Below are positions 1-10,800 of a stretch of 64,000 nt of DNA, piece by piece. Source of the stretch: an uncultured Proteiniphilum sp. (GTDB lineage: Bacteria > Bacteroidota > Bacteroidia > Bacteroidales > Dysgonomonadaceae); NCBI GenBank assembly GCA_964484665.1, contig CAZAFR010000003.1, positions 28,516 through 92,515 of the forward strand, in the 5' to 3' direction. Within the stretch, counting starts at the first letter, position 1, and each line of letters opens with the position of its first letter. A model generated the notes under the pieces. The model did no database searches. It saw only the letters and a program-made list of their open reading frames with translations, and had not been told where the DNA came from. Position numbers and translations under genes: made by a program.

Positions 1-225
1 AGAAGACTAGAACTAGCTTTCGAAGGAGTGAGATACTATGATTTGATGAGATGGGGAGAATTAGAAAGTGCTTTTAGTAAGGTGAAAAACATTCCTCTTG
101 AAAATGAAGGTAAACCCGTTGAATATAGTGCTATTTACCGTCCCGAAACTAAAGGTTACCTTCCAATTCCTGAGTCACAGGTTTTATTATCAGATGGTGT
201 TTTAAAACAAAATGAAGGTTGGTAA
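1..225 (+). CDS. RagB/SusD family protein, C-terminal end (gene starts before the window)
   Basis: Frame 1 from base 1 reads RRLELAFEGVRYYDLMRWG...IPESQV...LKQNEGW*, the typical SusD C-terminal motifs ERRxELAFEGxRxxDLxRW and LxQNxGW. Confidence 0.92.
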   Translation, partial: RRLELAFEGVRYYDLMRWGELESAFSKVKNIPLENEGKPVEYSAIYRPETKGYLPIPESQVLLSDGVLKQNEGW

Positions 226-247
226 AAATTTTTAAAACTTAAACTGA

Positions 248-1057
248 ATGAAAATGAAAAATATTATATTATTATTTGTCGCAGTGGTTGTAACTCTTGT
301 TTCTTGCGATCCTATAGAGAACAGGGACACATTACCTCCATTAGAAAATCCTGACAGAGTAGCTGAAATGATAAACCTAAAAGTGGAGAACACTTTTCCC
401 GGTGGAAACATTATAGCTCTAGGTGTAGATGAAGGGTTTCAGGTACATTGGGATGCAGAAGGCATAAACTCTTTTAAAAACAATGATACCATTCGATTAA
501 GAACTACAGGAGAGAAAACTATAATATGCAATGTTTTAACTAAAGGTGGTCAAGTTAGCATAGTAAGGACTGTAAATGTAACATCTGTACCAAATCTCGT
601 AGATGAACCACTTGCTTTTCTAATTGATTATTTTGGGGATGGAAAAACATGGGTATATGCTACTGATTATGGAGACGGTACACTGCATTGGTTCCTTTCG
701 GCACCATACTCATGGGAGGAAATTTGGTGGTTACCTATAGCAGATGGAGTTTCATCTGAAGATGGATTTCAAGCTGAATTGTTTTTTGAAAAAATTGATG
801 ATAAGTTATTCTTAACAGTAACAAATGCTCCTGGAGATGAACCACTTGTAAGTGAGTTTTTATTTAATTCTGAAGAGATGACCTTAACTGTTATCGATGA
901 TATATTCCCGGGAATGGATCATGCATACAAAGATACTTTTCAAGTTAAAATCCTTAATGAAAATGAATTGGCTCTATTTCAAGATGGTGCAGGTGCTGCT
1001 AAAAATACAGGTTGGACATGGAGATTCAAAAGGAAAGGATATAAATATCTAAATTGA
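248..1057 (+). CDS. PUL-associated lipoprotein, putative surface glycan-binding protein
   Basis: Hydrophobic signal ending in lipobox LVSC-D; lies directly after SusD; Trp-rich C-terminal half. Confidence 0.6.
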   Translation: MKMKNIILLFVAVVVTLVSCDPIENRDTLPPLENPDRVAEMINLKVENTFPGGNIIALGVDEGFQVHWDAEGINSFKNNDTIRLRTTGEKTIICNVLTKGGQVSIVRTVNVTSVPNLVDEPLAFLIDYFGDGKTWVYATDYGDGTLHWFLSAPYSWEEIWWLPIADGVSSEDGFQAELFFEKIDDKLFLTVTNAPGDEPLVSEFLFNSEEMTLTVIDDIFPGMDHAYKDTFQVKILNENELALFQDGAGAAKNTGWTWRFKRKGYKYLN

Positions 1058-1082
1058 AATAAAGCAAAATCGAAAATATAAA

Positions 1083-3383
1083 ATGAAAATAAAAAATTTA
1101 ATAGTTCTTACTATTTTAGTATTGTGTTCAACCCTGGCTATAAATGGACAAGGGAAAAATAATACTGCTAACATCGAAAAGGATTTCTTTCCTTTCTCAG
1201 TCTGGTACAGTGGTGGCAAAGCACGTGCACCAATGCTTAGTAAAATAACAGAATCCTCAGAAGCAGAGTGGAGAGCAGACCTGCAACAGATAAAAGATCT
1301 GGGATTTAATACAGTTAGAACTTGGGTTGAATGGGCAACTTGTGAGCCTGAACCGGGAAAATATAATTTTAAAAACCTGGAATTACTTATGAGTCTGGCT
1401 GAGGAAGTAGGTCTTAGAGTGTTTATACAGATATATGTCGACTCGGCACCCGATTGGGTAGCACATAATTTTCCTCATGCTCTTTTTGAGGCTCAAAGTG
1501 GGGATATTGTTGTACCACAATCAGCTCCCGGTGCTTGTATGGATAATAAGGAGGTCGAAGATGCCATTCTAAACTTCTATGCTGAGACTGCTAAGGTTGC
1601 AAATAAGTATCCCAATTTGTTTGGGTGGGACTTGTGGAGCGAACCTCATATTATCAACTGGGCTTCACTAGATTATGTGCCAAATATTCAGTTTTGTTTC
1701 TGCGATGGAACACAAAATAGATTCAGAAATTGGCTTAAAGACAAATACCAGACTCTTGAAAATTTAAATAGTGCCTGGTATCGAAATTTCACCGACTGGA
1801 ATCAGATTGAGGCACCTAGATTTAGTACAATTTTAAGTTATACAGATTTTATTGACTGGAAAACTTTTATTTACGAAAAGCTTGTGGGTGATATGCAAGC
1901 AAGGTATAATGCTATTAGAAAAGTTGATTCAACAAGTCTTATAACAGCTCATGCAGTTGGTGCATCTCTATTTCAGTCACCCCACGTTGGTGCAGGTGCT
2001 ACAGATGATTTTCTTATGGCTCGTCCATTGGACTATTATGGAGTGTCAATTTATCCAAAGCATAATAGGCCCGAGGGAGCATGGTCTACCACAACTCTAC
2101 GTACAGTGATGGATTTTACCAGAAGTGCTAATCGTGAAAGTGGGGGTTGGTTTGTTGGGGAATTACAAGCCGGTTTGGGTACTATATCTCTTTTAATTAG
2201 CGATCCGGTAACTTCAAATGATCACTCAATATGGGCATGGTCGGCAATTGCAAAAGGAGCTAAAGGTGTAAATATTTATGCATATTATCCAATGTCAACA
2301 GGTTATGAGGCCGGTGGATATGGTTTGATTAATCTTGACGGAACCTTAACAGAACGCTCTATAAATGCAGGTAAGATTGCTGATATTGTAAACAAAAATC
2401 AAAAACTTTTTCTAAATGGATTACCGGCAAAAGCTGAAGTGGGAATAGTGTATAACCCTTTGACTCAAATGGTGGGAGGAATGCAGAGACGAGATTATCC
2501 TGCTGCTATGAGTCAATCTTTAATAGGTTATTACCAATCTTTTGCAAATCATAATGTACCTGTGGATTTTATTCATAGGGAACATATTGAAAAGAAGGAG
2601 CTATCGCAATATAAGCTCATCATACTACCCTATCCTATTATGTTCACTAAGGAAGCTGCTGAAGGACTCAGAGAGTTTGTACAAAATGGAGGTTATGTTC
2701 TTGCTGAAGCAAGATTTGGATGGAATGATAATCGCGGATATGCGTCAGAAATTATTCCCGGTTTAGGTATGCATGATATATTTGGCGCCAGAGAAGATGA
2801 AGTAAGAATGCGAGAGAACGTTAATTTAACTTTAATAAAGGAGGAGCATCCTGTTCTTAAAGGATTCAATTCAGGCGATAAATTAAATGGTGCGTTGTAT
2901 TCTCAATCGGTAAAATTACTTGATAAAAGTAATGCAAAAGTTTTGGCCACTACTTCTGAAGGTGATCCTGCAATCGTAAGCTCAAATTACGGTAAAGGTG
3001 AAGCTATGCTTGCCGGTTCGTATCTAGGAATGGCAAATTTTAGTGAGATAGTACCAAATAACGATAAATTCTTCATAAATCTATTAGATTGGGCAAAAAT
3101 TGAACGTCCTTTTATTACTTCGCAAGATGGGAAAAGCAGCGATCAGGTTGAAGTCAGATTACAAAATACAGATAATGGATATATTCTTTTCTTAATTAAT
3201 CATAGTTTTAATAATGAGAAAATTGACATTGATCTGAAAGTTAATTCTGATGGTAATTTTCTTGTAAGAGATGTAATAAATGAAAAGAGTGAAAAAATAA
3301 AAAGTAGTGGCAATATTCTAAAGCTTAATTTATTAGCAAATAGTAGAAATGCCGGGGTTTTTGAAATTAATCGTGATGAATGA
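1083..3383 (+). CDS. GH42-like glycoside hydrolase (clan GH-A TIM barrel plus trimerisation domain), secreted
   Basis: Signal peptide; DLQQIKDLGFNTVRTWVEWATCEPEPGKYNF, APDWV, WDLWSEP (acid/base), CFC, GELQAG (nucleophile); C-terminal LIILPYP...GG trimerisation domain. Confidence 0.8.
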   Translation: MKIKNLIVLTILVLCSTLAINGQGKNNTANIEKDFFPFSVWYSGGKARAPMLSKITESSEAEWRADLQQIKDLGFNTVRTWVEWATCEPEPGKYNFKNLELLMSLAEEVGLRVFIQIYVDSAPDWVAHNFPHALFEAQSGDIVVPQSAPGACMDNKEVEDAILNFYAETAKVANKYPNLFGWDLWSEPHIINWASLDYVPNIQFCFCDGTQNRFRNWLKDKYQTLENLNSAWYRNFTDWNQIEAPRFSTILSYTDFIDWKTFIYEKLVGDMQARYNAIRKVDSTSLITAHAVGASLFQSPHVGAGATDDFLMARPLDYYGVSIYPKHNRPEGAWSTTTLRTVMDFTRSANRESGGWFVGELQAGLGTISLLISDPVTSNDHSIWAWSAIAKGAKGVNIYAYYPMSTGYEAGGYGLINLDGTLTERSINAGKIADIVNKNQKLFLNGLPAKAEVGIVYNPLTQMVGGMQRRDYPAAMSQSLIGYYQSFANHNVPVDFIHREHIEKKELSQYKLIILPYPIMFTKEAAEGLREFVQNGGYVLAEARFGWNDNRGYASEIIPGLGMHDIFGAREDEVRMRENVNLTLIKEEHPVLKGFNSGDKLNGALYSQSVKLLDKSNAKVLATTSEGDPAIVSSNYGKGEAMLAGSYLGMANFSEIVPNNDKFFINLLDWAKIERPFITSQDGKSSDQVEVRLQNTDNGYILFLINHSFNNEKIDIDLKVNSDGNFLVRDVINEKSEKIKSSGNILKLNLLANSRNAGVFEINRDE

Positions 3384-4356
3384 CAAAAAGATTATTTCAA
3401 TAGATATTGGAGGTACAAAGATATCCGGAGCGTTGTTTTCTTTTGATGGAAAAATTCATCAGTTCACTAAAGTATTATTGGAAGGGCGCTCCGGTAAAGA
3501 TGCCGGTAAACTTGTAATTGAATTATTAGACGAGCTTATTGCAGCTTCAGGAAATAATATTTTGAAGATTACCGGTATTGGAATATCTGTACCCGGCATA
3601 GTTTATTCTGAAGATGGCAGCGTTTGGGCACCTAATATTCCCGGTTGGGAAAAGTTTCCTCTGCAAAAAATAATAAAGGAACATCTGAATAACAATAAGA
3701 TTCATGTAATCATTGAATCAGACAGATCATGTTACTTATGTGGAGAACTATGGCAGGGTGCTGCAAAAGGCTCAAAAAATGCTGTTTATATTGGCGTTGG
3801 TACCGGAATAGGTGCAGGAATCATGATAGATAATAATCTTCTTCATGGCATCGGTGATATAGCTGGTTCTGTGGGGTGGATGGCTTTGCAATTACCTTAT
3901 AATGATCTGTACGACAGGTGCGGATGTTTTGAATATTATGCATCTGGCAACGGTATACACGAAAGGGCATCAGATTTAATCTTGCAAGACTCAGATTATA
4001 ACGGAGTTTTAAAAGATAAAGATATCAAAGACCTAACGACTAAAGATGTTTTTGAGGCTTTTGATAAGAATGATTCTATTGCTACCGAAGTTATAGGCAA
4101 AGCAGTGCAAATGTGGGGTATGGCAAGCGCTAATATTGTTAGCCTACTTAATCCTGAAAAAATTATCTGGGGCGGAGGTGTTTTTGGTCCTGCTGTAAAA
4201 TTGATTCCTGAGATATATAAGGAATCATGCAAATGGGCTCAACCTATAAGTATTAGGCAAGTTGAATATCTCCCTTCGGAATCTTCAGATGAAGCTGGGT
4301 TAAAAGGTGCGGCGTATTTAGTATTAAAACATATTTTTCATGAAACAATCATATAA
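3376..4356 (+). CDS. ROK family sugar kinase
   Basis: SIDIGGTKI, GISVPG, ESD, GVGTGIGAGI, CGCFEYYASG, GGG motifs. Start placed at ATG 3376, overlapping the GH42 stop. Confidence 0.9.
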   Translation: MNDKKIISIDIGGTKISGALFSFDGKIHQFTKVLLEGRSGKDAGKLVIELLDELIAASGNNILKITGIGISVPGIVYSEDGSVWAPNIPGWEKFPLQKIIKEHLNNNKIHVIIESDRSCYLCGELWQGAAKGSKNAVYIGVGTGIGAGIMIDNNLLHGIGDIAGSVGWMALQLPYNDLYDRCGCFEYYASGNGIHERASDLILQDSDYNGVLKDKDIKDLTTKDVFEAFDKNDSIATEVIGKAVQMWGMASANIVSLLNPEKIIWGGGVFGPAVKLIPEIYKESCKWAQPISIRQVEYLPSESSDEAGLKGAAYLVLKHIFHETII

Positions 4357-5509
4357 CAAAACTAAAGTATTTATTGCAGCATGTATTGGAATGTCGTTCT
4401 TTGGAATATCAATGATTGTCCTTGGATCGATTCTGCCCATTTTAGCCGCTAAATTCACTCTCAGCACCGCTCAAGCAACATCACTTGTGGCATTTTTGCC
4501 TATCGGGATGTTGATTGGCTCGGTGATATTTGGTCCCATTGTAGACCAACAAGGTTATAAGGGCCTTTTAATAATCAGTAGTTTATTGATATTGATAGGC
4601 TTAGAAGGTGTGGCATTTGTTGAGAATATACTATTAGTTCAACTTAGTATTTTTATCATCGGTTTCGGTGGTGGAATTCTAAATGGTTTAACTAATGCCT
4701 TAGTGTCTGTTGTGTACGATGATTCAAAGAGAAATTCAATGTTGAGTTTTCTGGGTGTATTTTATGGATTAGGGGCTTTAGGAATTCCGGTTCTGCTTAG
4801 TACTTTGTTGAAAAACTATACTCTACAACAAATTTTCTCCGGTATTGGTGTTGTCATGATGATACTTATACTATATTGTATAATAATTAAGTATCCTGAA
4901 GCGACACAAAAACAGGGATTTCCTATTTCAGCAGGATTTAAACTGTTAAAAAGAAAAGACTTATTACTATTGTCATTTATTCTGTTCTTTCAGAGTGGTA
5001 TAGAGGGAGTAGTTAATAATTGGACTGTTTTCTATCTTACTGATTTTGGCTTCTTGGATCATTCAAAAGCATTGCTTACTATAACAGTTATGACTGCAAG
5101 TTTAACAGTAGCACGAATTGTTCTTGTATCACTACTTAAAATATTTTCTCAGAATAGGATTTTGATAACAAGTGTATTGATAGCTATTGCGGGAGTATTG
5201 CTAATGATACAACCTAATTATGTTACTTCTCTTATAGGTATGATGCTAGTAGGATTTGGTATTGCATCCACATTTCCAATTATATTGGGAATAATTGGAA
5301 CAAAATTCCCAACTATGTCGGGTACCGCTTTCAGCGTAGCATTAGTTTTAGCTTTGTTGGGTAATAATATAATGAATAGCGTAACAGGCATTTGGCTGGA
5401 TAAAAGTGGTGCTTATGTTTACCCATTAATTCTAGTTATTTGCTTTGGAATTATATTATTAATTTTCGGACAAGTAAATAAACCAAATCAAACATTTACA
5501 AAGACTTAA
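4340..5509 (+). CDS. MFS sugar transporter (FucP/GlcP-like)
   Basis: About 12 hydrophobic segments; GPIVDQQGYK loop motif; FFQSGIEG..NNW; overlaps the ROK stop. Confidence 0.85.
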   Translation: MKQSYNKTKVFIAACIGMSFFGISMIVLGSILPILAAKFTLSTAQATSLVAFLPIGMLIGSVIFGPIVDQQGYKGLLIISSLLILIGLEGVAFVENILLVQLSIFIIGFGGGILNGLTNALVSVVYDDSKRNSMLSFLGVFYGLGALGIPVLLSTLLKNYTLQQIFSGIGVVMMILILYCIIIKYPEATQKQGFPISAGFKLLKRKDLLLLSFILFFQSGIEGVVNNWTVFYLTDFGFLDHSKALLTITVMTASLTVARIVLVSLLKIFSQNRILITSVLIAIAGVLLMIQPNYVTSLIGMMLVGFGIASTFPIILGIIGTKFPTMSGTAFSVALVLALLGNNIMNSVTGIWLDKSGAYVYPLILVICFGIILLIFGQVNKPNQTFTKT

Positions 5510-5585
5510 AGTCGATTTTATATATTTCTTTATCATTTATTTAAAAGAACAATAATAACTTAATAACAATTTAAATTAAACAATT

Positions 5586-6347
5586 ATGTTAGCAAAAGAG
5601 TGGTTAAAAAATGCATACGAGGTGATGAATAATATCGAAGACACCCAATTGGATAATGTAAGAAAAGCAGCTGAAATAATGGCTGACTCGATTGAAGCAG
5701 GACGTTGGGTGCACACCTTTGGATGTGGTCATGCAACAATTCCTGTAGAAGAAATGTATCCTCGTATTGGTGGTTTTGTAGGATTTCATCCGCTTGTTGA
5801 ACTCCCGCTTACCTTTTTTACTCAAATTAAGGGTCAAATGGGTATACATCAATTCCTGTTTTTGGAAAGAGCCGAAGGCTATGGAGTTGAAATTATGAAA
5901 AACTATGATTTCGATTCAAAAGATTGTATCTGGTTATTTTCACATACAGGAATAAATGCTGTAAATATTGATGTTGCCTTAGAAGCTAAAAAGAGAGGGA
6001 TGAAGGTGATTGTTTATGGATCTGCTGAACAAACTTCTGGTAAGAAACCACGCCATTCTTGTGGAAAGAACTTGTTTGAACTTGCCGATGTTATCGTGGA
6101 TTCTTGCGTACCACTGGAGGATGCATCTGTACCACTTAAAAATCATTTTGATAAAGTTGGTCCTCTTTCAACAATTGGTTTTATAACTTTAGTTTGGGTT
6201 ACAATAACTACTGTTGCTGAAATTCTTGCAGACAGAGGTGTAAAACTGTTTATTCATCCATCGCATAATATTCCGGGTGACACAACTGCTCATGATCGTC
6301 TTGATAATGCATTATCAGAGTACAAAAAACGAGTTAAGGTTTTATAA
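5586..6347 (+). CDS. SIS-domain sugar-phosphate protein, UPF0309 (NagS/SCO4393-like) family
   Basis: HTFGCGHA...YPRIGG, FSHTGIN, IVDSCVPLEDA and GPLSTI motifs in a single-SIS ~250-aa protein. Confidence 0.8.
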   Translation: MLAKEWLKNAYEVMNNIEDTQLDNVRKAAEIMADSIEAGRWVHTFGCGHATIPVEEMYPRIGGFVGFHPLVELPLTFFTQIKGQMGIHQFLFLERAEGYGVEIMKNYDFDSKDCIWLFSHTGINAVNIDVALEAKKRGMKVIVYGSAEQTSGKKPRHSCGKNLFELADVIVDSCVPLEDASVPLKNHFDKVGPLSTIGFITLVWVTITTVAEILADRGVKLFIHPSHNIPGDTTAHDRLDNALSEYKKRVKVL

Positions 6348-6404
6348 ATATACTTAGATTGTTTTTACAAAAAACTACAATTTACGTTATATTATAACTT
6401 GTAT

Positions 6405-6448
6405 ACAACCTCTTCCGAGGCAATTATTTGTCGGAAGAGGTTGTTTTA
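6405..6448 (+). terminator. Intrinsic terminator of the PUL operon
   Basis: Perfect 14-bp inverted repeat ACAACCTCTTCCGA / TCGGAAGAGGTTGT followed by T-rich sequence. Confidence 0.85.
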
Positions 6449-6542
6449 TTTTGATTCCGCTTTAACTATTTAGAAAATTATCACTATTTTTGTGAAAACC
6501 GATACAATCAAACAAATACTTATTATAAATACAAAATTTCTT

Positions 6543-7796
6543 ATGACATCCAGAAGACAATTTTTAAAAACATTAGGCGGGGTATCTCTACTGACTATTG
6601 TTCCCCGAAATGTTTTGGGGAGGGGCATGATTGCTCCAAGTGATCAGCTCACTAAAGGGATTATAGGTCTTGGGGGAATGGGTCGCGGACACATTCCTTA
6701 TGATAATACCAGGGTAGTTGCAATGTGTGATGTTGATAAAAATCATCTCTCTCAGGCAGCCGCATTGGTTAAAGACAAAATAAATCTTTATCATGACTTT
6801 AGAGATCTTATCATTGATAAGAATGTTGATATTGTTCATATTGCTACACCTCCTCACTGGCATGGAATTATGTCGGTTGAAGCTGCTAAAGCAGGTAAGG
6901 ATATTTTCTGCGAAAAGCCGATGACTCGCACAATTGGTGAAGGAAAAAGAGTTAGAGAGGCAATTAAACTGCACGGGAACATTTTCAGACTTAACACATG
7001 GTTTAGATTCAGAGGTCAGTTTTACGGACTGGGTACACCGGTAAAACCTCTTAAAAAACTAGTTGACAGCGGTATGCTTGGTTGGCCTCTTAAGGTTACC
7101 ATCAGTAAGCATACCGGTTTCGACTGGAAATTCTACTGGGTGGGTAAAACCGACCTTAAACCACAGCCTGTTCCTTCTGAACTAGATTATGATATGTGGT
7201 TGGGACCGGCCCCTTATAAGCCTTATAATGTCCATAGGGTACATCAGACTTTCAGAGGTTACTGGGATTACGATGGTGGCGGTCTTGGTGATATGGGACA
7301 GCATTATATTGATCCTGTACAATATATGCTTGGCAAAGATAATACTAGCCCTGTAAAGGTTGAAGTTGATGCCCCTCAGCAGCATTTTGATGCTGTAGGT
7401 ACATGGCGTAGCATAACTTACACATATGAGGACGGTTGTCAGATTGTACTTTGGGGTGGTGATTATGGTGAACAAAATACACCTTATATAGCAGGTCCAA
7501 AGGGTAATGTTTATAAAAACTTTGTTTGCGATATCCCGGATTGGGAAAAGAAACTGGCGGATTTCCCTGAACCAAAAGAACAAAACACTGATTTTATTGA
7601 AAGTATTCACAACAGGCAAAAGTATGCACTAAATGAGATAAACGGACATCGTTCAGCAACAATAGTAAATATGGGTGCTGTGGCTCTTCAACTTAATAGA
7701 ACACTGGAGTATGATCCGGTTAAGGAGATGTTTATCAACGATGAGGAAGCAAACAGATTTATTAATCAACCAATGCGTGCACCTTGGTCTATTTAA
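6543..7796 (+). CDS. Gfo/Idh/MocA family NAD(P)-dependent oxidoreductase with Tat signal
   Basis: MTSRRQFLK twin-arginine signal (start placed at 6543); GIIGLGGMG, IATPPHWH, CEKP, GGGLGDMGQHYID. Confidence 0.9.
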   Translation: MTSRRQFLKTLGGVSLLTIVPRNVLGRGMIAPSDQLTKGIIGLGGMGRGHIPYDNTRVVAMCDVDKNHLSQAAALVKDKINLYHDFRDLIIDKNVDIVHIATPPHWHGIMSVEAAKAGKDIFCEKPMTRTIGEGKRVREAIKLHGNIFRLNTWFRFRGQFYGLGTPVKPLKKLVDSGMLGWPLKVTISKHTGFDWKFYWVGKTDLKPQPVPSELDYDMWLGPAPYKPYNVHRVHQTFRGYWDYDGGGLGDMGQHYIDPVQYMLGKDNTSPVKVEVDAPQQHFDAVGTWRSITYTYEDGCQIVLWGGDYGEQNTPYIAGPKGNVYKNFVCDIPDWEKKLADFPEPKEQNTDFIESIHNRQKYALNEINGHRSATIVNMGAVALQLNRTLEYDPVKEMFINDEEANRFINQPMRAPWSI

Positions 7797-7814
7797 TTTA
7801 TAAATTTTGTAACA

Positions 7815-10800
7815 ATGAAAAATGTAAAAATAATTTTAATAAGTTTTTGTTTATCTTTAGTGGCTGGATTATATGCTCAGATGCCACAGGGGAGAACAAA
7901 AGCTACAATCGTTGCTGATGCACTTGCCCAACTTCCTGCAAACTCAAACAAAAAATATAATCAAACTATTGCAGACTTGGTTTCAACAGGTGAAGAGGGT
8001 CTAATTGACCTGATAAACAGATTACATGCACCGGGTCAAGGAAGTAATGAGACTGTTGAGTATGCTATTAGTGGATGGACTCACTACGTTGCCGGTGATA
8101 ACGCTTTGCGTACTGCTACTGCAAGCACATTCAGTAAAGCATTAAGCAGTCCTCTCGATAAGGATATTAAAGCTTATATTATCCGTCAGATTCGTACTAT
8201 TGGTAGTGATGATAATGTAGAGACTCTCTCCGGCTTCCTAACAGATGAATATCTGTCTGATCCTGCAGCACAAGCTCTTGCAAGCATAGGAACCACAAAA
8301 GCAAAAGCTACATTGTTGAGTTATCTTACTCCTTCTGCCTCTGAATTGATTAAATTGAATTTAATTAATGCTTTGGGACATACTGATTACAGTATTGCTG
8401 AACCGGTTATTTTAGGGATGCTGAATGATACTCAATCTGAAAAAATGCAACGGGTAATATTTGCTGCTTTGGGTAACCTTGGTACTAAGGAATCTTTAAA
8501 ATTGTTGCGTAATCAAGCTGAAAGGTCCGATTTTGCCTATCAAAAAAATAATGCAACTGAAGCGTATATCAACTTACTTGGCCGATTAAATATCAGTGAA
8601 CCTAAAACTGTAAAGAAGGAGGCTGAAAAATTACTCAAATCTGCTGACAAATTAAACAGACAAGACCTAAAAATATCTGCAACCAAAATACTCTTAACAC
8701 AGCCTTCAGCAGATGTTTCTAAGATACTTAATAGTGTAATTAAAGATGGCGATTTGACATATATTTCGGGTGTTCTAAATATATTTCCATTTGAAAATAA
8801 CACTAAATCTGTTCAACTAATAAAAAAGGAGATTACTTCAAACAAATCTCCTGAAGTGCAGACCGCACTGATTTACTGGTTAGGTAATAATCCGTCTGCA
8901 AATGCTACAGCACTCTTAACACCTCATGCAAGTTCATCTAACAAAATGGTGCAAAAGGCTGCTACGCTGGGACTGACTAAGGTTGGCGGTAACGATGCTT
9001 TAATATCGCTTGCAGGCTTACTTAAAAGCAGTGATGAGGCATCAGTTACTCTTGCCAAAAATGCTCTTATGAGTTTTGATGGTGATATAGCTTACACGCT
9101 TGCATCAGTATTTAACGACTCAGAAACAATAGGAAAAAAGGCTATCCTCGAACTGATCTCAAATCGTAAAATAGAGGGACAGTACAATTTAGTTTACAAC
9201 CAGATGTTTTCTGATGACAAAGAGGTTAAAGCAGTTGCAGCTAATACATTGAAGGATGTTTCTACAGATAAAAATCTTCCTGATCTGTTTACACTTCTTG
9301 AGCAGTCAGAAACGGAGTACGTTCCCGCCATTCAGCAAGCTATTAATGCTGCATTAAAAAAACTGCCTAATAACGAGCAGATAGAGATAGTAACCGACCG
9401 AATCAACAAATCTGCCAATAAGCATCTGTATTACAGTGCACTTGCAGGTATTGGCTCTTCCGATGCAATAGATAAAATCACTAATGCTTACAAAAACGAA
9501 TCAGGTTCAAACAAAGATGCTGCATTTGATGCACTTTCAAATATCAATTCATTTCACGTGATTTATCCTATGCTTGATATAGTTCGTTCAAGCAATAACA
9601 AACAGGAGATTGAGAAAGTTACAGATGCTATTATCGATGTTGTTAGCAGATCAAATGAAACAGGTGCTATTAAATATCTATACCTGAGAGAAGCAATGGA
9701 GTTTGCACAAAACGACCGACAGAAAAACAGTATACTCAAACAATTGGGTAGCACTGGTCAGTATCAAGCAATGCTCTTTGCCGCTTCTTTTATGGATGTT
9801 GCTGAGTTAAGTGAATCTGCAGCAATTACTGTTATGAATATCGGTATCTCTGATCCTTCATTCGCAGGTGAAGCAACAACCGCTGCTCTAAACAAAGCAG
9901 CTAAAACGCTATCTAACCCTGATGCAGATTATCAGCGTCAGTCGATTAACAAGTTCCTTGCTGAAAACCCAACTGATGGTGGTTTTGTTTCAATTTTCAA
10001 TGGTAAAAACCTTGATGGTTGGAAGGGTCTGGTTGCCAACCCCATAGAGAGGGCAAAAATGAGCAAGAAAGAGTTGGCTGCTGCTCAGGTAAAAGCTGAT
10101 CAGCAGATGGATATGGACTGGAAGGTTGAAGATGGTTTGATTATATTTGATGGTAAAGGTTATGATAATCTCTGCACAAAAAAACTGTATGGTGATTTTG
10201 AAATGTTGGTTGACTGGAAATTATATCCCGGTAATGAACCTGATGCAGGAATTTATCTTCGTGGTACTCCGCAAGTTCAAATATGGGATACAGCAAGAGT
10301 TAATGTTGGTGCACAGGTTGGTTCCGGTGGTCTCTATAATAACCAAGTACATATGAGTAAACCGCTTAAAGTGGCCGACCAGAAAGTGGGTGAATGGAAC
10401 AGCTTCCTTATAAAAATGGTGGGCGAGAGAGTATCTGTATGGCTAAATGGTGAACTAGTTACTGATAATGTAGTATTAGAAAATTTCTGGGACAGAACAC
10501 AACCCATTTTCCCCATTGAGCAGATTGAACTTCAGGCTCATGGCAGTAAAGTAGCATATCGCGATATATATATAAAGGAAATTCCTCGACCAGAGCCATT
10601 TACACTATCAAAAGAAGAAGAATCAGAAGGTTTTAAAATCCTTTTCGACGGTACAAACCTTGACCAATGGAACGGAAATAAAGATGACTACGCAGTTGAA
10701 AGCGGAACAATAACTGTTTATCCCGGTAAAAGTACTGGAGGAACCAGAAACTTATATACTAATGATCAGTTCGATAATTTTGTCTTCCGTTTCGAATTCA

